A program made the position numbers and the translations under genes. Below the pieces are notes generated by a model, which saw nothing but the letters and a program-made list of their open reading frames with translations, was not told the origin of the DNA and did not search any database. Shown here one piece after another: positions 47,429 to 57,237 of a stretch of 64,000 nt of DNA. The stretch comes from Methanothrix sp. (GTDB taxonomy: Archaea; Halobacteriota; Methanosarcinia; Methanotrichales; Methanotrichaceae). Where the stretch lies: the NCBI GenBank assembly GCA_040770465.1, contig JAXGJB010000001.1:32001-96000 (forward strand), written 5' to 3'. Position 1 is the first letter of the stretch; each line of letters begins with the position of its first letter.

Positions 47429-48265
47429 TCAAAGCACGATCTCCGTCCCCACGCAAGTTTGGACGAACCGATCCGGAAACGTAGCCGCCAGAGCCGAGGC
47501 GGCGGCAAAACCGGTGCAGTGAGACGGGGCCAGGATCTCGAGGTCGAGTTCTCGGAGCGCCTCAATCGTCTTGGGAAGCTTATCCTCGCCGCCGAATCCG
47601 AGATGGGTTCCGCCGGCGACCCCCACAATCCTCTCGATTCCCGTCACCTCTCTCGCGCGAAGGAGGGTGTTGATCATCCCCGAATGGGCGCACCCCAGGA
47701 GGACGAAGATCCCTCTCTTCAAAACCATCACCAGAGCCTGGTCGTCCATGATGGGATCGACGACGACCTCGCCCTCCTCCGATAATACGACCAGATCTTC
47801 GCAGGCGCCCTCAAAATCGGTGATCCTCGGGACCTCGCCCGTGAGCCAGAGGCCGGGAACGATTTCTCGCGCCTCCCTCGAAAGCTCGAAACTAGCGCCC
47901 ATCCTCTCCAGCTCCCCTCGATCGAAGGGGAGCCCGATCTGCCTCAGTGCCCCGCCCCGCCGGGTGTACCGTGAGGCGAAGACGTCGGGATGGGCGTGGA
48001 CGGGAACGGGGCCGGTCCTCTCAAGAACGCTGGCGAGGCCTCCGGTGTGGTCGTAATGTCCGTGGCTCAGGACGATGGGGAGGCCCGCCAGGTCGATCCC
48101 CAGCAGATCGGCGTTGTGGACGGCAGTTGTGGTCTGGCCCGCATCGAATATCATCCTGTAGTCCCCGAACTCCAAGTAGACCGAGAAGCCGTGCTCAGCC
48201 AGGAACTCTCGCCTCAGACCAGCCGAGTTCTCGGTGAGGATGACAAGCCTTGCATCTACGTCCAG
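47429..48265 (-). CDS. MBL-fold metallo-hydrolase (COG1237/MJ0301-like); start probably CTG 48265
   Basis: LVILTEN..AEHGFS (upstream of the ORF-track start), FDAG, SHGHYDHTGG, GCAHSG, GGTHL, HCTG. Confidence 0.85.
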   Translation of the reverse strand: MDVDARLVILTENSAGLRREFLAEHGFSVYLEFGDYRMIFDAGQTTTAVHNADLLGIDLAGLPIVLSHGHYDHTGGLASVLERTGPVPVHAHPDVFASRYTRRGGALRQIGLPFDRGELERMGASFELSREAREIVPGLWLTGEVPRITDFEGACEDLVVLSEEGEVVVDPIMDDQALVMVLKRGIFVLLGCAHSGMINTLLRAREVTGIERIVGVAGGTHLGFGGEDKLPKTIEALRELDLEILAPSHCTGFAAASALAATFPDRFVQTCVGTEIVL

Positions 48266-48316
48266 CTTTCAAACCCCCAATATCGTAAAAGCCGCTTCAG
48301 GCATTTATGCATCATT

Positions 48317-50317
48317 TCAACTCTTCCAGAAGTCGGGTATCAGCAGGACCAGGACCGTCATGATCTCAAGCCTCCCTATCCACATGCAGACGACGAGGAT
48401 TAGCTTGCCCAGGCCCGGAACCTCGGAGTAGTTGTCCGTCGGGCCGAAGCGGTTGAAGCCGGGGCCGACGTTTCCCAGGGTCGTGGCCACGGCGGAGGCT
48501 GCGCTGATCATGTCGATGTTGCCGCTGTGGCCGGACCCGAAGAATACCTCGTCCCCCATCCTGGTGTAGACCACCGAGAGGTTCAGGGGCCTTCTGTCCA
48601 CGTCTATAATCTTCGTGCCGTTCCCTGGGGCGACGAAACATGCGACGTCGCTGACGTTCCCCGGGGAGCCGCGGAGCTCTTCGGCTCCACCAAGCTCTCC
48701 CGACCCGAAGCAGACGATCCTCTGATCATCTCCGGAGCCTGAGACGAAGCATACGATCTCCCCCGCCGCCGTCTCCTCCTCCGCGATGGAAGTGACCGAC
48801 GCGAAGATCACCGTAGCCGCGGCGAAGATGAGAAGGTACATGGCGATGAATATGAGGATCGAGTTTAGGACGTCCTCTTTGACGGGGCTCGTCTTCAGCT
48901 TCACCGCCATCACCGCCTTCGGGTGGAGGGCCCGGAATAGCTCACGCCTTCCGTACTTCATGGTGAGGAGGATCCGGACGAGCTTGATCCCTCCCGCCGT
49001 CGACCCGGCACAGGCGCCCGTGAACATCAGCAACAGGAGGATCAGCTTTGCGGGGCTGGTCCAGAGGTCGTAGTCTGCGGTGGCAAATCCCGTGGTGGTG
49101 ATGATCGAGACCGTCTGGAAGGCGGCGGTCCTGAGGCGGAGGCTCGCCAGCTCCAACCCCTCTGGATGGGTACCGTCGGACGGGAAGCTCTCATCGATCC
49201 CTCCGATGAGGATGGCGACTACGATGGCGAAGAGGACCAGAAGGGAGTAGAACCTGAACTCGGGGTCCCTCACAAGGCTCTTTCTGCTGGTGTACATCGT
49301 CCTATAGTGGAGGGCGAAGTTCGCTCCGGATAGGAACATGAAGACTATCACGATCACCTGTATGAAGGATCCGTAAAAGTCGTGGCCGCTGTAGTAGGCG
49401 ATGCTGTCAACCCGGGGGGAGAAGCCGCCCGTCGATACGGTTGAGAAGGTGTTGCATACCGCATCGTACGCCGGCATCTTCGCCAGCATCAGAAGCAGAA
49501 ATTCGGCGGCCGTGAGGACCATGTAGACGCCCCACAGGATCTTAGCAGTCTCTTTTATCCGGGGCCTTATCAGATCCTCCGTCGGCCCCGGGACCTCTGC
49601 CTTGAAGAGCTGCCGGCCCGCCACGCCCAGGTTCGGGAGGATGGCTATGAAAAGGACGATGATCCCCATCCCGCCGAGCCACTGAGTGAAGCACCTCCAG
49701 AAGAGGAGTCCTCGATAACTCGGACCGGATAGGGTGTTGCTGAGGTCGATCTCGCCTCCGACGAGGGTTGTGTTCAAGGTCGTGTTCAGGCTGGTGTTGA
49801 GGCTGTTGTTGAGAATTGTCTCGTTGAGTGAAGATATGTTCGATGCCACCAAGTTGGCTGTGCCGACGGCTGCGCCAATAGTGGAATCGTTGAAGACCAT
49901 ATGTGAGAGGGTGGCTGCAAGGCTGTGGCTTGCGGCGGTGGCGTTGACGATCCAGAGGCCATCGGCTCCACCCTCTGCGAGGATCGTGGCCCCCGTCGTC
50001 GTAAAGCCGGACATCGACTCGAATATGGCGTCTACGGGGCTGAGACCCATGAGAATGTAAGGAAGGGCCCCGGTGGCCGCCGCCCCCAGCCATCCGAAGG
50101 CCACCAGGGCGAACCCCTCCTTGTTGGAGAGGATATTCTCCTCCCCCAGACGCTCCATTGCGAGGCCGAGGGAGAGGGTGAAGATGGCAGGGAAGACGAA
50201 GGCTATCACCCCATCGATCTCGCCGTAGAGAAGTGATACTCCGGCGGGAATGAGCATCAACACCCCCAGCAACTTAAATAGGTTACCAAAGACCTTGAGA
50301 AAAACCCTGATCCTCAC
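48317..50317 (-). CDS. trkH: TrkH potassium uptake membrane subunit with two large insertions
   Basis: FESMSGFTTTG, WLGGMG, STGGF, TTTGF, GSTAGGIK, GNVGPG, GRLE. Confidence 0.92.
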   Translation of the reverse strand: MRIRVFLKVFGNLFKLLGVLMLIPAGVSLLYGEIDGVIAFVFPAIFTLSLGLAMERLGEENILSNKEGFALVAFGWLGAAATGALPYILMGLSPVDAIFESMSGFTTTGATILAEGGADGLWIVNATAASHSLAATLSHMVFNDSTIGAAVGTANLVASNISSLNETILNNSLNTSLNTTLNTTLVGGEIDLSNTLSGPSYRGLLFWRCFTQWLGGMGIIVLFIAILPNLGVAGRQLFKAEVPGPTEDLIRPRIKETAKILWGVYMVLTAAEFLLLMLAKMPAYDAVCNTFSTVSTGGFSPRVDSIAYYSGHDFYGSFIQVIVIVFMFLSGANFALHYRTMYTSRKSLVRDPEFRFYSLLVLFAIVVAILIGGIDESFPSDGTHPEGLELASLRLRTAAFQTVSIITTTGFATADYDLWTSPAKLILLLLMFTGACAGSTAGGIKLVRILLTMKYGRRELFRALHPKAVMAVKLKTSPVKEDVLNSILIFIAMYLLIFAAATVIFASVTSIAEEETAAGEIVCFVSGSGDDQRIVCFGSGELGGAEELRGSPGNVSDVACFVAPGNGTKIIDVDRRPLNLSVVYTRMGDEVFFGSGHSGNIDMISAASAVATTLGNVGPGFNRFGPTDNYSEVPGLGKLILVVCMWIGRLEIMTVLVLLIPDFWKS

Positions 50318-50626
50318 GTCATCCCTCCTTCACATCATCTGACTCAGATATCTGAAGTCCCTTTAAAGAACCCTCGCCCTCTATTTTACGATGATGGTTG
50401 AACTAAATCCTTTAGAGCATAATACAGATGATATAATATACTGGAGTTCACGGTCACTTTCTGAGCAGCAGCCACGGATCATCGATCTGAACAGTTCCGC
50501 GCCGGACGAAAATAGCATTCGACGGGGTCTTTTGGGGCAGGCAGAATTGCAGTTTTCTGCCTCTCTCACTTTCGATGATCGCCGAGCATCAAACCGGGCT
50601 GACGCCCTCCAGGCAGCCCCTCATAT

Positions 50627-51808
50627 TCAGAGGTCGGGATAGACTATCTCGATGTCCAGGTCGTGGATCAGCTTTCTGAGCTCGTCGCAGGATATGGGCC
50701 GCTTGTACTCGCTGCACCTCTTCACCCTCTCGGCGAGTAGGCATATCTCGTCCCTCTTCAGGTCGTAGCCCATCTTCTTTGTTATATGCTTGAGGGCCCG
50801 AGCCCCGGTGTGCTTTCCGATTATTATCCTCCTCGCCGACCCCACCATCTCGGGGGAGTAAAGCTCGTAGGTTCGGGGCTCCTCCAACACCGCTGCCACG
50901 TGGATCCCCGACTCGTGGGCGAAGGCGTTGTCTCCGACCACCGCCTTGTTCTTCGGCATCATGACCCCCGAGTAGCTCTGGACGAGCTTCGAGAGGTGTG
51001 TGAGCTTTGTGGTGTCGTACCGCTCCACGCCGTAGTGGACTCTGAGGGCCACCATCAGCTCCTCGAGAGGGGTGTTCCCACTCCTCTCTCCGATCCCGTT
51101 GACGGTGGTGTGGAGCTGTTTTGCCCCGGCCTCGGCCGCCGCCAGGGTGTTGGCCAGGGCCATCCCCAGGTCGTCGTGGCAGTGCATGCATATCGGGATA
51201 CTTACCGCCTTTTTGATCTCGCTGACCAGAAAGAAGGTGGTCCGGGGGTTCAAGATCCCCACAGTATCGGCGATGCTGACGTAGTCTGCATTGTACTCCT
51301 CTGCCTTCCTGTACAACCGTTTCAAAAGCCCAAAGTCGGTCCGGGTCGCGTCCTCCGCCGAGAACCTGACTATGAGGCCATGGTCTTTTGCGTACTCCAC
51401 CGTCTCAAAGGCGCACTTGACCGCCTCGGCGCAGGTCATGTGGAGCTTGTACTTCAGGTGGAGGTCGGAGGTGGCGATGAAGACGCTGACCATGTCCACG
51501 TCGCAGTCCAGGGCGGCGTCCACGTCCTTGGGGACGGACCGTGAGAGGACCGAGATCTTTGAGTCGAGGCCGAGGTTGGAGACGTCCTGGACGGCCCTCC
51601 TCTCCGCCTCCGATACGACCGGAAAGCCCGCCTCGATGATCTCCACCCCCACCTCGTTCAGCTTGATGGCGATATCCAGCTTCTCGTCGGGCCTGAAGAC
51701 GACGCCGGGCATCTGCTCACCGTCTCTCAGGGTGACATCGCAGACCTCGATATCGATCTTTGGAGTTTTTGCGAGTTCTAGAAACTGATTGACGGAATAA
51801 TCTTGCAT
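50627..51808 (-). CDS. aksA: Homocitrate synthase (IPMS/HCS family, no regulatory domain)
   Basis: DVTLRDGEQ, HCHDDLG, GERSGN, AHESGIH, GKHTG; 393 aa. Confidence 0.8.
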   Translation of the reverse strand: MQDYSVNQFLELAKTPKIDIEVCDVTLRDGEQMPGVVFRPDEKLDIAIKLNEVGVEIIEAGFPVVSEAERRAVQDVSNLGLDSKISVLSRSVPKDVDAALDCDVDMVSVFIATSDLHLKYKLHMTCAEAVKCAFETVEYAKDHGLIVRFSAEDATRTDFGLLKRLYRKAEEYNADYVSIADTVGILNPRTTFFLVSEIKKAVSIPICMHCHDDLGMALANTLAAAEAGAKQLHTTVNGIGERSGNTPLEELMVALRVHYGVERYDTTKLTHLSKLVQSYSGVMMPKNKAVVGDNAFAHESGIHVAAVLEEPRTYELYSPEMVGSARRIIIGKHTGARALKHITKKMGYDLKRDEICLLAERVKRCSEYKRPISCDELRKLIHDLDIEIVYPDL

Positions 51809-51930
51809 GTCGGGATGATATGTGGCGCCCCTCGGTTAAATCGGTTTCGAAGGCAACTGGCGTCCGGCTTCAACTAAGTTTTCTGTTTATCCTCATGGGA
51901 AGGGAGAAACGCCATCGGTTAATGGAGGAA

Positions 51931-52051
51931 GGAGAGGAAGGATAGGAAAAAGGAGAGGAAGGATAGGAAAAAGGAGAGGAAGGATAGGAAAAAGGAGAGG
52001 AAGGATAGGAAAAAGGAGAGGAAGGATAGGAAAAAGGAGAGGAAGGATAGG
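51931..52051. repeat. 21-bp polypurine minisatellite GGAGAGGAAGGATAGGAAAAA, 5 full copies plus 1 partial
   Basis: Units start at 51931, 51952, 51973, 51994, 52015 and 52036; identical and without spacers. Confidence 0.97.
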
Positions 52052-52097
52052 AGCCCGGATATCTCTTCCGATCTGGGCCCCTTTTCTCTCTTCCGGT

Positions 52098-53135
52098 CTA
52101 GACGCCTTCCAGGTTCACTGTGTTGTTGAAGAACCGATTTGGTCCGACCCGGTCGATCCCGGAGTCGCGAAGGCTGATCCCCTTGGCGTTGTATCCGATG
52201 ACGTTCCCGGTCACTACGGCGTTCGTGGCCGCATCAAGGAATATCCCAGCTTTTGTGTTGTTGATGACGACATTCCCTTCGATCCGGTTGCTATCGGAGC
52301 TGAGGATGGAGATCCCGTCGTCGAGGTTGTTGCTGACGACGCTGTCAGATACCAGGTTTTCGGTGGCTCTGAAGATGAGGATTCCGTCGTTGCCGTTGTT
52401 GGAGGAGATGCACCTGGTTATGGTGGTGTTGGAAGAGCCCTTGAGGTAGATTCCTGCCCAGTTGCTGTTCATGACGCCACAGTCTGAGATGACGTTGTCG
52501 TTTGAGACAACCTCGATCCCGGCGCTGGGCCAGGGGCCGGCATTGGTGATGTACAATCCTTCAAGGACGATCCCGTCTGCCTCCAGGAGGACGGCGCTAC
52601 CGTTCCCCTGGGCATTAACAACGGGGACACCCTCACCGGTATCCACACCTCTGATGGTGACCTTTTTTTCAAGGACGATCTTCTCGTTGTAGGTTCCGCT
52701 CCCCACTTCTATGACGGCACCGTCACCAGCGGCCTCGATCGCCGCCTGGATGCTGGTGAAGTTGCAGCCGTTGAGACAGACGGAGCGGATCGCCACCTCG
52801 GCACCTTCTTCGACCGTTTCGGGCGCAGCCACCGTGATGGGCTCGTTGAGGGATTCGTTGGCGGAATCGTTAAGGGACTCGTCGATGGTGGTCGTATCGT
52901 TCAACTCGGTCCCGTTATCGATTTGTACAAGAGCTTCGGTGAAGTTCTCCGAATCGTTGGCCACCCCTCCCGCGACCTCTGAGGTTGCGTTCGCCTCCTG
53001 AAGTAGCTGATCTTCAATCCCCGCGCGGTCGTTGATGTCATCCGAGACCACGGCCTGGACAAGCCCTGCCGATAGGATGATGGCCAGGGCGAGCCAGGAG
53101 CCGATGGCGACCCTGTGAATGTGATCATCGAGCAT
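52098..53135 (-). CDS. Secreted NosD/right-handed beta-helix protein
   Basis: Signal peptide, acidic sequon-rich linker, FTSIQAAI, GTYNE, (S/N)NN..GI repeats. Confidence 0.85.
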   Translation of the reverse strand: MLDDHIHRVAIGSWLALAIILSAGLVQAVVSDDINDRAGIEDQLLQEANATSEVAGGVANDSENFTEALVQIDNGTELNDTTTIDESLNDSANESLNEPITVAAPETVEEGAEVAIRSVCLNGCNFTSIQAAIEAAGDGAVIEVGSGTYNEKIVLEKKVTIRGVDTGEGVPVVNAQGNGSAVLLEADGIVLEGLYITNAGPWPSAGIEVVSNDNVISDCGVMNSNWAGIYLKGSSNTTITRCISSNNGNDGILIFRATENLVSDSVVSNNLDDGISILSSDSNRIEGNVVINNTKAGIFLDAATNAVVTGNVIGYNAKGISLRDSGIDRVGPNRFFNNTVNLEGV

Positions 53136-53230
53136 ATTTAAACCTCTTATCTCAATATAGGACTTGCTCTGCTTTAAAATTACTTAACAATATCGAGCCG
53201 TATCCGTTCCTTATATCCCTCGATATCCCC

Positions 53231-54073
53231 CTATCTCGGTCGCTTTAAGGGTGCGATCTCAATCTGGAAGGTCTCGGGCCAGAGCTTCCCGGTGACCAGG
53301 AGCATTCCGGACCGGGCATCGTAGGCGATCCCGTTCAGGACGTCTGAACTGAGCCGCTCCTCTTCGGTCAGGATGCCCGAGAGGTCGATCCAAGCCACCA
53401 CCTCCCCCGTCTCCGGCGATATGATGGCGATCTCATCTGTCTGCCAGACGTTGGCGTAGATGAAACCCTCGACCCACTCCAGCTCGTTGAGCCTCAAGAG
53501 GGGCTCGCCGTCGGCGCATACCTCCAACGTCCTCGTCACATCGAAGGTCTCTGGATTCAAGAAACGGAGGACTGAGGACCCGTCGCTCATGATCAAGCTC
53601 TGGCCGTCGGTGGTGATCCCCCACCCCTCCGTGGGGTAGGTGAAGGTCTCAATGACGGTGAAGTTCTCCATGTCCCAGACCAGGCCCATCCCCTCCCTCC
53701 AGGTGAGCTGGACCAGGGTATCGCCCCAGAGGACGATCCCCTCGCCGAAGATATCAGGCGGCAAGCTCCGAATTCTGACCTGCTCACCCGTCTCCAGGAT
53801 CGTCTCCCGGAGGCTGGACCTGCCATAAAGGCCCGTCCCCTCGTAGAGAAGGCCGTCCCGATAAGCGAGCCCCTGGGTGAAGGCTTCAGGATCGTGGGGA
53901 AAGACCGCCACCACATCAAAGCCATAAACAGGTGCCCTCTGATCGCCGAGCGGGTTCTCGATGCAGCCTGTCGAAAGAATCGACAGCAGAGCCGCGAGGG
54001 CCAGGGCAGCAAAGCTCGCGGTGGGGGCGAAGGCCGAGGCAAAGATCCGGACTGCGTCAGATCTCGGGGTCAT
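53231..54073 (-). CDS. Glutaminyl-peptide cyclotransferase (plant/bacterial beta-propeller type), probable lipoprotein
   Basis: PHDPEAFTQGL, FGEG, EGWG, SDGS, LNELE, VLNGIAYD, TGKLW; STGC lipobox-like motif; ATG 54073. Confidence 0.9.
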   Translation of the reverse strand: MTPRSDAVRIFASAFAPTASFAALALAALLSILSTGCIENPLGDQRAPVYGFDVVAVFPHDPEAFTQGLAYRDGLLYEGTGLYGRSSLRETILETGEQVRIRSLPPDIFGEGIVLWGDTLVQLTWREGMGLVWDMENFTVIETFTYPTEGWGITTDGQSLIMSDGSSVLRFLNPETFDVTRTLEVCADGEPLLRLNELEWVEGFIYANVWQTDEIAIISPETGEVVAWIDLSGILTEEERLSSDVLNGIAYDARSGMLLVTGKLWPETFQIEIAPLKRPR

Positions 54074-54289
54074 TGTTTCGGTTCTTTCGAGGCGGCGGGC
54101 ATATTTAGAGGATTCGCAAGGAGTTCTGAAGAGCCATCGGGCGCGTCCGAAGAGGACTGAGAACATCTACCAACAGGTATATCTTCATGGCGGGAGCACC
54201 CCTACCAGCTTGCGCAGATGACCTCTTTGGGGATCTCGCTAGCAACGTCGATTCTTCTGAATCGATGACCAAAAAGGCGCGTGAATATA

Positions 54290-54472
54290 ATGGACGAGAG
54301 ACGTGGACGTAGAGGCGGCTTCGACAGAGGCCCCAGAGAGATGCACGATGCGGTCTGCGCGGATTGCGGAAAGGAGACTAAGGTCCCCTTCAAGCCCGAC
54401 GGATCGAGGCCGGTATACTGCAGCGAATGCTACCAGAAGCACAGGCCCGCAAGACCACCGAGACGGTTCTGA
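54290..54472 (+). CDS. CxxC-x17-CxxC domain small protein
   Basis: REMHDAVCADCG...VPFKPDGSRPVYCSECY. Confidence 0.9.
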   Translation: MDERRGRRGGFDRGPREMHDAVCADCGKETKVPFKPDGSRPVYCSECYQKHRPARPPRRF

Positions 54473-54780
54473 GATGAGCGGGTCGATCTGATCTCGACCG
54501 GTCTCTTCTACGACCGATCAGTTCTGTCCGTCAGGGCGATCTTTCACAATGACGGCGGGAGACGAATGCAGGGTCGGCATCCGAACCCTGCAGCGCTTTC
54601 CGGCACGATGGCTCTTTTCAAAGAAGAATTTAAATGACTCATTCAGCCAGAAGGTTTTTCAGATTCTGGTTTTTCAGGCCGACTATTTATTCTTATGATT
54701 AATGTTCTCCCCATCGAAATAAATTATTTATATGATTAAGTTTTTGTATGATGCAAATTTAAAAAAATCCCCCGGTGACG

Positions 54781-55161
54781 ATGATGAAGGAGAGCACGGT
54801 GAAGGTGCTGGACGATAAAGATCTCGAGTTCGCGGAGACCCTCAGAAGCCTAGGGGTACAGCGGAACGTGGCCATCCTGATAACGTACCTGGCCAATGTG
54901 GACGAAGCGTCCTCGCGGGATATCGAGATGGGCTCCAATCTCAGGCAGCCCGAAGTGAGCATAGCGATGCGAGCGCTGAGAGATAACGACTGGGTGAGCG
55001 AGAAGGAGGTGAGGAGGGGAGGCAAAGGAAGGCCCATGAAAGTCTACTCGCTACTGACTCCCATCGACGAGATAATAAAGCATTTCGAAGAAGAGAAGCA
55101 GCAGGAGTCGGCCCAGACTATGGAGAGCATACAGAAGCTGAAAGAGCTGATATCAGGCTGA
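54781..55161 (+). CDS. Winged-helix transcriptional regulator (COG4738-like; possibly MreA-related)
   Basis: SRDIE...LRQPEVSIAMR HTH; GKGRP..VY wing. Confidence 0.82.
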   Translation: MMKESTVKVLDDKDLEFAETLRSLGVQRNVAILITYLANVDEASSRDIEMGSNLRQPEVSIAMRALRDNDWVSEKEVRRGGKGRPMKVYSLLTPIDEIIKHFEEEKQQESAQTMESIQKLKELISG

Positions 55162-55210
55162 GGATCTCAAGGCCTTCAGAGGCCCGTCTCCGATCCCTTT
55201 TATTTTGGAC

Positions 55211-55486
55211 CTATCTCTCCCCGACCTGGACGCTGCATCTATTTTGGGCGGCGGGATCGACGACCACCTCCACGTCGATCTTGGAGGCGATCCCCCGTCC
55301 CATGGATACACAACACCCGCCGACCTCGATCACCACCGGCCCCCCAAAGGGCTGGCAGGCGATCTTGCGGACCCTCTGTCCCTTTCTTATCCCCATCGAT
55401 TCTAACCTGTTAGCCCAGCCGAAGCTGGGTGCGAAGGACTTTATCTCCAGGACCAGGTTGCAGGGCGCTTTAGTCAGCGAGATCAA
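55211..55486 (-). CDS. feoA: FeoA family protein
   Basis: RLESMGIRKG, PFGGPVVIEV, GRGIASKI. Confidence 0.8.
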   Translation of the reverse strand: MISLTKAPCNLVLEIKSFAPSFGWANRLESMGIRKGQRVRKIACQPFGGPVVIEVGGCCVSMGRGIASKIDVEVVVDPAAQNRCSVQVGER

Positions 55487-55640
55487 TTCTATACCTCAAA
55501 CCTAACCGTGGTAAAACCGATCCGGCGTCTATAAATCTGACGGTGCCGCTCCGGCCTCAACCTCGATGCTGGAAGGCGAGAAGGCGGTGGCCCCAAGCCC
55601 CCCCCTCCACGACCCGGCTACCAATCGTCGGCTGGAAAGC

Positions 55641-56453
55641 TCAAGCTCTGACGTGGATCCCTCTCTCGGCGAGGTACCGTTTCACCTCGTCGACCCCCCA
55701 CTCGCCATAGTGGAATATGCTGGCTGCCAGGGCTGCTGAGGCCCCGGTCTTCAAAAAGACCTCGTATATGTGTTCGGCGTTGCCGCAGCCGCCAGAGGCG
55801 ATCACCGGGATCCGGACCCGTTTGCAGACGGCGTCGGTGAGGGGCAGGTCGAACCCGTCGTAGGTGCCGTCTCGATCCATGCTGGTGAGGAGGATCTCGC
55901 CGGCCCCGAGCCTCTCAGCCTCCATCGCCCATGCTATGGCGTCGACCCCAGAAAACTCCCTTCCGCCGTAGAAAGAGCACTCAAACCAGGATTCTCCCTG
56001 GGGGGTGGGAACAGAGATACGGCCTTCGGTGGGGTTGTCCCTCCGTTTCGCGTCTATGGCGACGACGCAGGCCTGGCTCCCGTACTCCTCGGCGATCTCG
56101 CCGATGATCTCGGGCCTCTTCAGGGCGGTGGTGTTGACGGTGACCTTGTCGGCCCCGGCCTTGAATATGTTCCTGACGTCGTCGACGGTCTTTATCCCGC
56201 CGCCAACGGCCAGGGGGACGAAGACGTTCTTGGCGGTATCCCTGATGACGCTCTTCATCGTCTCCCGCCGATCGGAGGATGCGGTGATGTCGAGGAATAC
56301 GATCTCGTCTGCCCCCTCCTCGTAATACCGGGTGGCGAGCTCCCAGGGGACCCCGGCGTACCTGATCTGCTTGAACTCAATACCCTTCACGACCCTCCCC
56401 TGGGGGACGGCGAGGTCGCAATCGAGGCAGGGTATTATCCTTCTTGCTAACAT
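55641..56453 (-). CDS. hisF: Imidazole glycerol phosphate synthase cyclase subunit
   Basis: [43 protein letters not shown]. Confidence 0.97.
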   Translation of the reverse strand: MLARRIIPCLDCDLAVPQGRVVKGIEFKQIRYAGVPWELATRYYEEGADEIVFLDITASSDRRETMKSVIRDTAKNVFVPLAVGGGIKTVDDVRNIFKAGADKVTVNTTALKRPEIIGEIAEEYGSQACVVAIDAKRRDNPTEGRISVPTPQGESWFECSFYGGREFSGVDAIAWAMEAERLGAGEILLTSMDRDGTYDGFDLPLTDAVCKRVRIPVIASGGCGNAEHIYEVFLKTGASAALAASIFHYGEWGVDEVKRYLAERGIHVRA

Positions 56454-57049
56454 CTGGTCAGCCTCACAAAGTTATCAAGGATTTTTAGACCCTTCTGCCC
56501 CGACTTCTCGGGGTGGAACTGGACGGCGAAGAGGTTCTCCCTTGAGACCGCCGCGGCGATCTCGGTGCCGTAATCGGTTGTGGCGGCCAGTACCGATCCG
56601 TCTTTTGGGACGCAGAAGTAAGAGTGGACGAAGTAGAAGAAGTCCTCGTCAGAGATCCCCTCCAGGATCTCGCCCTCCTTTTTTATGGTGAGGGTGTTCC
56701 ATCCCATCTGGGGGACCAGGACCGAGTCAGGCAGTCTGACCACCTCTCCTTTTATCCAGCCGAGCCCCTCCTCGGGGCTCTCCTCGCTCCTCTCAAAGAG
56801 GACCTGCATCCCGACGCATATCCCCAGGGTCGGCGTCCCGCCCTCCAGGGCCTCCAGGATGACGGCCTCGAACCGGGAGAGCCGCCTCATGCACCGTCCA
56901 AAGGAACCGACCCCCGGAACCACGACCCCGTCGAACCTCGTCAGGTCCTCCGGCTCGGTTACGAGCTCGGGGCCGGCCTCGATGTGTTCGAGGGCGTTAT
57001 AAATGCTGAAGAGGTTTCCCACCCCGTAATCGACTACTGCAATCGTCAA
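56447..57049 (-). CDS. hisH: Imidazole glycerol phosphate synthase glutaminase subunit
   Basis: DYGVGN, PGVG, GICVGMQ, YFVHSY, QFHPEKS. Confidence 0.97.
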   Translation of the reverse strand: MTIAVVDYGVGNLFSIYNALEHIEAGPELVTEPEDLTRFDGVVVPGVGSFGRCMRRLSRFEAVILEALEGGTPTLGICVGMQVLFERSEESPEEGLGWIKGEVVRLPDSVLVPQMGWNTLTIKKEGEILEGISDEDFFYFVHSYFCVPKDGSVLAATTDYGTEIAAAVSRENLFAVQFHPEKSGQKGLKILDNFVRLTRC

Positions 57050-57237
57050 ATCTCATTCACCTGGTGACTTAAATTCAAGACTTTCGCCAGCCTGGACCTC
57101 GTTCGATCCGGCCCCGTATATACCTTTTCGGGGTTTATCGCGGATATAAGCAGTCCTTTTCGACTATTATATCATGAAACGGAGCCGAGCCTTTGTCCGA
57201 ACCTTGTCAGAACCTCGTCCGAACTGATTCACCCATC

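Noticed and set aside
51931-52051. Possible CRISPR array
   Set aside because: Repeats are contiguous with no spacers, and no cas genes are present.
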